From an uncultured virus (IMG/VR IMGVR_UViG_3300044643_000328) (taxonomy: Duplodnaviria > Heunggongvirae > Uroviricota > Caudoviricetes), in IMG/VR virus record IMGVR_UViG_3300044643_000328, positions 1 to 64,000 of that record: DNA of 64,000 bases. One strand, written 5' to 3'. Within the stretch, counting starts at the first letter, position 1. Each line of letters opens with the position of its first letter. The notes under the pieces were generated by a model, which saw only the letters and a list, made by a program, of their open reading frames with translations, was not told where the DNA came from and searched no databases. Shown piece after piece: positions 9,001 through 17,800 of the stretch. The translations under genes were made by a program, and so were the position numbers.

Positions 9001-12000
9001 ATGAAAATACGTATCACCGGTAAGGGACTACCTAAAGCTCAATATCAAAATAGTCAGATTACACCTAAGAATGCACCAACACCTATGGGAAGCAATCCGT
9101 TTGCCACAGGTTATGATACAAGTAAAGTGTTTCCTGGAACTGCTTATAACAATAGTCTTTTCTCTTGGACTAATGTTCCAAATTTGACTACTGGTAATAA
9201 CCCATCATTTCCTGTACCTAACGTTACTACTGTTAACAATAATGGTACACAGACTAATAATGGTGGAGTTGGGAATCCTACAATACAGTACCAAACATTT
9301 AATCAGGGTACTCCTACTACAGGAAACCCTCCTATTGTAAATCCTAACCCTAGTAAAGGACCGCTTTGGCAAAGAGCTATAAGTGGTACTATTAACTTAG
9401 GAATGAAAGGTGTAAACAAGTTAGTTAATAATAAACTTGCAACTGGTCTTGGTAAAATAGGAAGTACTGTTCAACAAGTTGCTAATGTGGCTGATCCTAT
9501 TCTTAATTATTTAGATAGTCAAAAGAGAGATAAAGAAACGTTAGCTAATCTTCGTGAGATGAACGCAGTTGAAAATCTCTACTTTGATCCTACTAAGTAT
9601 CGTGGAGATTGGGATCAAGAAGGAATATTTAGACCTAATGAGCTAGGGTTTGATAGTAAAGGTGAATATACTAATGCAACATACGGACCTACCATGTTTG
9701 CAGAAGATGGTGGTACTATGTCAAATAATACAGATATGCAAAGAATTAAAATAAGGATTACTGGTGGGCCTAAACAAAATATGGCTTACGGTGGTCAATC
9801 TAACTACGGTCTTGATCTTGGTCAACGTAATGTATATGATACTATGGCTGATTTAAGATCAGACAGTATTTCAAATACTATGTCAGCAGTTCCACGTGAG
9901 GAAGCTAATATAGAAGCCGAAAAAGGTGAAACAGTATATGGTGACTTAGATGGTGATGGAGGATTAGAGCATATGAAGATTGGCGGTAAGCGTCACTCTG
10001 AAGGTGGTACTCCTCTTAATGTACCAGAAGGAAGTTTTATTTTCTCTGATACAAAAAAGATGAAGATTAAAGATTCTGAGGTTTTAAAATCTTTTGGTCT
10101 TAATGCTAAGTCTGGTGGGTACACTCCAGCTGAGATTGCTAAGCGTTATGATATTAATAAATACAAAGCTGTATTAGAAGATCCGTATGCAGATGACATG
10201 TCTAAAGCTACTGCTCAATTGATGATTAAAAACTATCAAAAGAAACTAGCTATGCTTTCTGTAGTACAAGAATCTATGAAAGGATTCCCTCAAGGTATTC
10301 CTGATGTAGCTGCTCCTGTTATGCAAGGTAACCCTGAAGAGATGCAAGGCGGTGAGGAACAAGAAGACATGGGTCAAGAAGAGATGGCGTATGGTGGTAG
10401 AATACCTAAATATCAAGGCGGTGGTTCTAATACATTTGGATTCTTAAGTCCATACACACAACAAATAGTTAGCCAGGTTAATGCTGAGCAAGAAGCAAAA
10501 CGTAGAAAAGAAGCTGCTGCAAAACCTCTACCTAATCTTGTAATGAATCCTGACGGTACTTATTATTATTCTAAGACTCCAGGTGAACCTGAAACTATAT
10601 ATAATACTGCTACAGGTCAAAGAGCTCCTATAACAGATCCTGAGTATTCTAAATACATGGAACTTATAAAGAAATATAATAGTAGAAACAAACCTGGACA
10701 AAGTTATATTAATAACATTTCACCTGCTGATGCTGGTGAGCTTTCTCGTTTGGCTACTAAATTTGGATTTAAAAGAGCCCCTGAAGGAACTGACCCAGGT
10801 TATAGAGTTATTCAAGGATCTACTCCTGGATTTACTTTCTCTACACCTTCAACTAAACAAGGTGTAGCTGGATTCTTTGGTGGGTACACTCCTGACTTAT
10901 ACGAGCGTAGAATTGTTGAAGATGTTTTAAGTCCAGAAGAAATTGCTAAGATGAGTCCTTTAGAGATTCGTAAAGCTGCTTTTAAAGAATTAGGTATAGA
11001 TACTACAGGATTAACTGATGCACAATTAGCAAACCCTAAAAAGCTTTATACTAATAAAACGTTTTTTGAAAAGAAGTTCTATCCTAAGTTTACAGAAAGA
11101 TTTGGTTTAACAACTTATCGTCCAGAAATGAAAGACGATATGTTTATTGGAGCTGAACACTATGATGCTTTTAAAGCAAAACCTAGAGAAGCTGGTGTTC
11201 CAATAATTGGTTATTTATGTCAAGAAGGTCCTAATGGTCGTCAAGTTGTAGCATCTAGTTATATGGATGAACAAGCTAGAACTTCAGCTGGAGCTTATTT
11301 ATCAAAAGCAGAAGCTGATGCTGTTTGTTCTGAAAAACCAAAAGAGAAAAAAGGATGGAGATGTCTTGGTCTTACTGAAGAAGGTAAACCTAATCTTGTA
11401 TATGATGAGTTAGGTACATTTACTTCTGAATCTGAAGCTGCTGCTACATGTACAAAAGAGACTGGTACATTTGGTTACATGACTCCTGATATAAATTCAT
11501 TCTGGGGTGCTGCTCAAATTCCTCCTAAGAAGTATCTTCCTTGGAGAAAGAACGTACCTTATGAACCAGGTAATGTAGTGTTTGAAGATTGGAGAGCTAA
11601 AGCTGCACAACGTTTTGCTAATCAGTATGCTGCACCATCAGAACAACTTGCTAATTATACAGCACCTCAAGGATTTGCTTCTAACGCATCATTCTTAGCT
11701 GGTCAATCTGCTGAAGGTGTTGGTCAAGATATTGGACAAGTAGATGCTCGTAACGTAGCTACAGCTAATATGTTTGGTAGTCAAGAAAGACAACGTAAAG
11801 ATCAATACAATCTTCTTAACGCTATGAACGCTCAAGACTATTGGAAAGATTATGTTGTTGCTAACCAACAGTTTGATAATGCTAACAGAGCATATATTAA
11901 CAATTTAGTTAAAGCTGGTAATAACGCATGGAATAACAGAATGAACTTAGGTATGTTAAACGCTGTTAATCCTGTTTACAATATTGATCCTAAAACTGGT

Positions 12001-12300
12001 AGATCATATTTCAAAAAAGGATATGGTACATCTAGACTTCCAGGATATGCATCTGCAGCTAGAAGTAAAGATATGCCAGCTTTAGTAGCACAATATATGC
12101 AAGATAAAGGTGCTAGTGATCTGACATTTAAACAATGGCATGACATGACACAAGGAGGCGGATCTTCTGCTCAAGCAAACCCATACGCAGCTGCTCAATC
12201 TTTATTACCTATGTATAGTGTTTTACAACAAGGTAATGCATACAATCCAGCTATGATGATGCAAGCTATTGCACAAGCACAACAAGATCAAACTGAGTAA
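9001..12300 (+). CDS. crAss-like virion cargo/ejection protein
   Basis: 1099 aa. The EAEKGE...GGKRHSEGG...FIFSD domain is typical of crAss-like cargo proteins. It has an Asn/Ala/Gln-rich helical C-terminus and lies before the RNAP block. Confidence 0.55.
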   Translation: MKIRITGKGLPKAQYQNSQITPKNAPTPMGSNPFATGYDTSKVFPGTAYNNSLFSWTNVPNLTTGNNPSFPVPNVTTVNNNGTQTNNGGVGNPTIQYQTFNQGTPTTGNPPIVNPNPSKGPLWQRAISGTINLGMKGVNKLVNNKLATGLGKIGSTVQQVANVADPILNYLDSQKRDKETLANLREMNAVENLYFDPTKYRGDWDQEGIFRPNELGFDSKGEYTNATYGPTMFAEDGGTMSNNTDMQRIKIRITGGPKQNMAYGGQSNYGLDLGQRNVYDTMADLRSDSISNTMSAVPREEANIEAEKGETVYGDLDGDGGLEHMKIGGKRHSEGGTPLNVPEGSFIFSDTKKMKIKDSEVLKSFGLNAKSGGYTPAEIAKRYDINKYKAVLEDPYADDMSKATAQLMIKNYQKKLAMLSVVQESMKGFPQGIPDVAAPVMQGNPEEMQGGEEQEDMGQEEMAYGGRIPKYQGGGSNTFGFLSPYTQQIVSQVNAEQEAKRRKEAAAKPLPNLVMNPDGTYYYSKTPGEPETIYNTATGQRAPITDPEYSKYMELIKKYNSRNKPGQSYINNISPADAGELSRLATKFGFKRAPEGTDPGYRVIQGSTPGFTFSTPSTKQGVAGFFGGYTPDLYERRIVEDVLSPEEIAKMSPLEIRKAAFKELGIDTTGLTDAQLANPKKLYTNKTFFEKKFYPKFTERFGLTTYRPEMKDDMFIGAEHYDAFKAKPREAGVPIIGYLCQEGPNGRQVVASSYMDEQARTSAGAYLSKAEADAVCSEKPKEKKGWRCLGLTEEGKPNLVYDELGTFTSESEAAATCTKETGTFGYMTPDINSFWGAAQIPPKKYLPWRKNVPYEPGNVVFEDWRAKAAQRFANQYAAPSEQLANYTAPQGFASNASFLAGQSAEGVGQDIGQVDARNVATANMFGSQERQRKDQYNLLNAMNAQDYWKDYVVANQQFDNANRAYINNLVKAGNNAWNNRMNLGMLNAVNPVYNIDPKTGRSYFKKGYGTSRLPGYASAARSKDMPALVAQYMQDKGASDLTFKQWHDMTQGGGSSAQANPYAAAQSLLPMYSVLQQGNAYNPAMMMQAIAQAQQDQTE

Positions 12301-12356
12301 ACTTTTGAAGTTTAGTTCTAAACTTTAAAGATTTTTTTGTATATTATTAATGTAGA
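12299..12356 (+). promoter_or_regulatory. Intergenic inverted repeats and a candidate phage promoter motif GTATATTATTAATGTAGA
   Basis: Overlapping hairpins aaactt-ttg-aagttt and aagtttag-tt-ctaaactt. The motif at 12339-12356 is nearly identical to 51425-51441. Confidence 0.45.
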
Positions 12357-12358
12357 CT

Positions 12359-14806
12359 ATGGCAACCTTTATACCAAACGTAACTGACGCTTTTCCAGAG
12401 CCGGCCTTATATAGACCGGACTTTGGATATATGGACAAAATGCTGAGCAGACGCCAGCAGATGTATGAGCGTGGGTTTTCAGAAGTGGCCGGTAAATATG
12501 GTGATCTCACTAGAGAGTTAACCAATCCTAAAAATGTTCAGCAGCGTGATGTCTTTTTAAAAGAAGCTATGAACAATCTTAAGAACTTATCTTCTATGGA
12601 TTTATCTCAGCAGCAAAATGTAGAAGCTGCTGGTAGCGTGTTTGCACCTTTTTGGAAGAACACTCATGTTCTTGGAGACATGATGCTTACTAAACATTAC
12701 AATCAGCAAGAAAGTATTGCTGAAGGTTTTCGTTTAAAAGACGGAGGTAAGGAGTATCATGATGATAATATTAACTTTGTAAGGATGCAACGTCAAGCTT
12801 TTGCTAAAGACGATCCTATGAACTATGGTAAGTACTACCAAGACAAAGCTTATTTTTCACCATACTATGACGTAGATAAAGAAATGCGTGATATCATGAA
12901 GGACTTTAAGCCTGATGATATTAGTATGACTACTATAAAAGGATTCTACTTTTACAAAGAGCAGGATGCTTCTGTTAGACCTGAGGCTGTTAGAAGATAC
13001 CTAGAAGGAACACTTTCTGATAAAGCTAAGCAACAATTACGCATTAGTGCTGCTGTAAGATATGGATCAAATCCACAAGCAGTAGTAGCCAACTATGCAA
13101 GTACAGCTTCTAGTAATGTTAAACAGATTGATGGAGAGTTAGAAAAAGTTAATAACTATCTTAAAGTAGAAAGAGACCCTACTAAAAAAGAAGAACTAAA
13201 AGCTTATAAAACACAACTTGAAGATTCTAAAAATGTATATTCAAATCATTTAGATCGTATTAAGTCTGGTGATGCTAGCTTTTTATCTGGTAAAATTAAT
13301 GATCTAGCTTACGAAATTTTATATAATGAAAAGATAAATGATTTTTCTAAAGCTCAAGCTCGTAAAGTATATAAGTTAGATATTACAGAAAATGGTGTAG
13401 CTCTTGGTATATGGAAAGAACAACAAGCTAATGCTAGAGCAGCAAGAAGAGAAAAGTTTGATTTAGAGTTAGAAAGATTAAAAGCAGCAGGAGAATTTGA
13501 ACCTGTTCTTGAAAGCGGTAGAGCAAAAGGTGGTAACATTGACTTATCTATTAATGATGTTAATGCTAAATATAAAGAAGCAGAAACTAAAAAACAACAG
13601 TTATCTGCAGATTTTAACAAGTTTATTCTTTCATATTGGAAAGGTGACGGTACTAAAAATAGTGATGACTTATTAACTGAAGCAAATTTAATTAAAGATC
13701 CTAGTTTAGTTGCTAAGTTTTTAAAAGAACATGGAAATTTAAAAGCAGTACAAGATTATAAAAGAGAGATTAATACAGCCAATATGGCTCAAGAGTCATT
13801 ACAACTTATATATAATGCTGCTAGAGATAAAGCTGGTTCTACTCTTACAGCTAATCAAAAGAAAGTATTAGAAAATGCTAAAACACAAGTTGGTAAGCTT
13901 GGACCTGTAGCTGTAGTAGAAAATGGTAGATTTGTAAACTTTCAAGCACAAGATATTTTTGATGGCTTAATGGATGGAAGTGTTAATATTAAATACACAG
14001 GTGGAGTTACGCAGTTAAATGTACAAGGTAGAACTTATACGTTAAATCCAAAAAGTAACGATCTTTTTGTAAAACAAGCTATTCAAAAAGTTCAAAGTAT
14101 TCAAGCTTTAGCTAATCAATATGAGGGTGTTGCAGATGCTTCTAAGACTTATAGTAATGCTATGACTGAGTATTTTAAAAAGACTGGTCAAGAAGAAATT
14201 AACTGGATTGCATTTGGTGATGAAAGCAAACGTGCTAAACTTAGAATAGGTGGTATTAATAGTTTATTAGCTACAAGTACAACTGAAGGTACTATTAAAG
14301 TACAAGACATTAGAGAATCTCTAGAAAAGAATCGTACTTACTTTACTATTAATAAAAGTCCTAAAGCTAAAATGACTATTGATGGTAAGCTAGTAGAACC
14401 TACAGAAGATGATTTTCTTAAGTTAATGAAAGCTCAAGGAAAAAATGTAGGTAAAGATGCATTTGGGTTTTATATAGATAACTCTGACAGGTCTAGAAAT
14501 CCTATGTTTAGAAACTTTACGGAAACGGAAGATATGATGTATAGTGTTGATAAGTATGCTGGTGATGGTTATAAATCAGGTTTTTGGTATCCTTTAGGTG
14601 AAGGTACTTATCAAGGTAGAACTTTACCACAATTTAGGTATGAAAAAATAGTTGGATCTGATGGTGCACCAAAGTATCATCTATATGATGGTACAGGCGG
14701 TGGTATGATTGGCGGTAAAGAATATAGAAGTTTGTCTGATTTAATTGAAGATGCTAAGTCATATTCTATACACCCAAATGAATTACAGATTCATAAAAAG
14801 AGATAA
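12359..14806 (+). CDS. Virion/ejection protein (helical, cysteine-free)
   Basis: 815-aa ORF inside the crAss-like ejected-protein block, with coiled-coil-like segments and no recognisable enzyme motif. Confidence 0.5.
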   Translation: MATFIPNVTDAFPEPALYRPDFGYMDKMLSRRQQMYERGFSEVAGKYGDLTRELTNPKNVQQRDVFLKEAMNNLKNLSSMDLSQQQNVEAAGSVFAPFWKNTHVLGDMMLTKHYNQQESIAEGFRLKDGGKEYHDDNINFVRMQRQAFAKDDPMNYGKYYQDKAYFSPYYDVDKEMRDIMKDFKPDDISMTTIKGFYFYKEQDASVRPEAVRRYLEGTLSDKAKQQLRISAAVRYGSNPQAVVANYASTASSNVKQIDGELEKVNNYLKVERDPTKKEELKAYKTQLEDSKNVYSNHLDRIKSGDASFLSGKINDLAYEILYNEKINDFSKAQARKVYKLDITENGVALGIWKEQQANARAARREKFDLELERLKAAGEFEPVLESGRAKGGNIDLSINDVNAKYKEAETKKQQLSADFNKFILSYWKGDGTKNSDDLLTEANLIKDPSLVAKFLKEHGNLKAVQDYKREINTANMAQESLQLIYNAARDKAGSTLTANQKKVLENAKTQVGKLGPVAVVENGRFVNFQAQDIFDGLMDGSVNIKYTGGVTQLNVQGRTYTLNPKSNDLFVKQAIQKVQSIQALANQYEGVADASKTYSNAMTEYFKKTGQEEINWIAFGDESKRAKLRIGGINSLLATSTTEGTIKVQDIRESLEKNRTYFTINKSPKAKMTIDGKLVEPTEDDFLKLMKAQGKNVGKDAFGFYIDNSDRSRNPMFRNFTETEDMMYSVDKYAGDGYKSGFWYPLGEGTYQGRTLPQFRYEKIVGSDGAPKYHLYDGTGGGMIGGKEYRSLSDLIEDAKSYSIHPNELQIHKKR

Positions 14807-14814
14807 TATACAAT

Positions 14815-17800
14815 ATGGCTGGTAAACTCCAATACGGTCCTAACGATTATAGATTTAATCAGAAACCTTTATCAGGGGCTCCTATATTAGGGGAAGCTCC
14901 TGGTGTTGAGTCTCTTCCTACACTAGATCCTATAGATAGTGGGGCAAGTGATGCTTGGTATCAAGCAGAACAAAGGATTAAAGGTACAAGTAAAAGAATT
15001 AATCCGTTCCATGGAACAGCTGCTACTAGAACTGATTTTATTCCTGAAGAACTTAGTCGTAAATATAAAGATCTACCTTATGGATATATTCCAGGGATAG
15101 ATAATGATGACTTCTATAGTGATACAGATGGATTTTGGAAAACACTAGGTAAAGGTGCTTTAAGAATTCCAACTTTAGTTACTACTAAGTTAGGTCAATC
15201 TTTAGGCTTCTTAGGATCTATTCCTTACGAGGGTATATCTGCTATATATAAAGATGGAGATCAAAACGTTATTGCCAATGCTGCAGATAATGCTTTTAGT
15301 AATTACTTTAAAGACTTAGAAGAAACTGTTAAAACAGACTGGCTTCCTACATATAACTCTGCTGCAGATAGAAATAAAGGATTCTTTGGTAGAATGTTTA
15401 CCGATATGGATTTTTGGGCAGATGATGTGGTAGATGGTGCTGCTTTTATGGCAGCAGCTTGGATTCCTGGTATTGCTCTTAATAAAATAGGAGCAGGTAA
15501 GGGAATAGTAGGAGCAACAAGTAAAGTTTTTGGTAAACCTTTAGCTAACCCAAGTACTATTGCAAACGTAGAAGCTGTTGGTGCCGGAGTGAATTATTTT
15601 CAGAACGCTCAAAAAATAGCTAGCGGTTTAGATAAGTTTACAGCATGGGGTATAGCTACAGCTTCTGAAGCTATGTTTGAAGCTAGTGGTATTAAAGATA
15701 ATGTTTATAAAAGTTTAACTACAAATCAGTTTGGCCAACCTGTAATCAATCCTTTAACAGGAGACCCTTATACAGAAGATGAAAAGAAACGTATAGCTGG
15801 AAATTCTGCATATAACGGATTCTTTCTGAATGCTGCTCTTTTAGGTGTTACTAACTTATTTGAGCTTCCTTATGTTACCAAACAGTTTGGTAAGGTGAGT
15901 GGAATGGCAACTGGTTTAAGAGGCGGTGCAGCTTTAGGTGAAGACTTAGCTGCTAAGACAGCTACTGGTAAATGGGGTAAGTTTTTAGAAAGCAACTATG
16001 GTGCTATGGCTAAAGGCTTAGGTGCTGGTATATTACGTGAAGGTTTAGTAGAAGAAAATGCTCAGCTTGCTATACAAAGACTTAATGAATTCTATGGAGC
16101 TAACGGTATGTCACTTGATGTACTAGATTATCGTAATTATGGTGAACTTGGAAAACAATTAGGTAGGCAAACTATAGATGCTTTTAAAGGTGATGATCAA
16201 GAAACTGCAATGAACATTGGTCTTGGTGGTCTCTTAGGTGGGGGTATGTCAACATTTGGTCCTGGGGGAAGTATTGCTCAAGCTAAACGTGATAAGATAA
16301 CTACAGATCAAGCTGTAGATATGTATAATCAAACGCAAGCAAACTGGCTTAAGTTTGGTAATATTTATAAAGAAGAGTTAGTTGAAACTCAAGATGAGAA
16401 TGGTAATCCTATAACAGAGAAAAGAATCATTCTTGATGAAGATAGCAAACCTTTAGTAGATGAGGATAAGCTAGCAGGTATATTAAGTTCTGTAAAAGCA
16501 TATGGAGCTAAATTAAATCTTGCTGATGAAGTAGAAGATGGTAATCCTTTCTTAAGAAACTATTTAAGAGACGATGCTTTTAGACAGTTTACACTTGCTC
16601 ATATTAATGCAGGCAATGAAGATACCCTTATGGGTAAACTTGATAGCTTAAGAAATGCTAAACCAGAAGATTTAGCTAAGCTGGGTTTTGTACAAGGTGA
16701 AAATTTTGAAGCTGACATCAATAGATATAAAGGTATTGCTGCAGCTATTATAGCTCAGAATAAAGCTATAAACTCTGATATCATATTTGATAACACTAAA
16801 GAAGATCAAGCTCGTAAAGCAAAACTTACTGAGCTTGCAAGTACTCAGGCAGTCCTAAGAGGTCTGGCTAGTGAAGAGCTTCGTAATTATGAAAATGTTA
16901 AAAGTCAGTTTGTTGACTCAACTAATTCATCTTTGAGTGATGGTCTAGTAGATCAACTTAATGATATTCAGTTTAGAATAGATTCTCAAGAAGAGTATAT
17001 TAAAAACTTAAAAGAAAGTGGTGTAGTAAAACCTGCACAGCTTGCTTTACACGAAGACATTTTAGATGAGTTAAAATCTACTCAAAAAGATCTTCTTAAG
17101 TATAATGAAACAAGTGCTCAAGAACTTAAAAAAGATGACGCTGGATATTACAGTTATGAAAAGAAAGCTCGTAACGAAGCTGCTTTTGTAAATCCAATGA
17201 ATAAAAGAATGAGGATTAAAGGGCAGCTTGAGAATACCATAGCTGCTTTAGGTAGAGAGTGGGGTCTATATGCTGACTTTAAAACTGGTAAAAAGAACTT
17301 TTTAGATTTTATCAATGAACAAGTTGTAGAGCCTGTTAATAAAACTATTGAAGAAAACAATGCTCTTATACCAGATGAGAATCTAGTAGATAATGTTGAC
17401 ATAGACGGAATGGATGCTGGTCCAGCTCAAAACATTGAGCTTGGTAAACCTTCTTTAGACTCATTTCTTAGAGATAGACATGCTGATATGCAGGCTAAAG
17501 GTACAGTGTCTGTAGATTTTAACACTTGGTTAAATAGTGCAGGTGCTAATAATTTGATTAAATACTATAATCAAAAATATGGTACTACAGAACCTTTAGT
17601 AGAAAAGCCTCAAGTAGAAGAAGAGATTGAGCCTGAATTAGTTACAGAAGATCAAGCTGATGAAGTTCCTCAAGATGTGATGAATGAAGCATTAGACATT
17701 GAAACAGAAGATGAACTACCAGAAGGTGAACTAGGTACTACAGCATTATCATCTGTAAAGCTTGGACCTTATGTTGTAAACCTTGGGGATGAGATTAACG

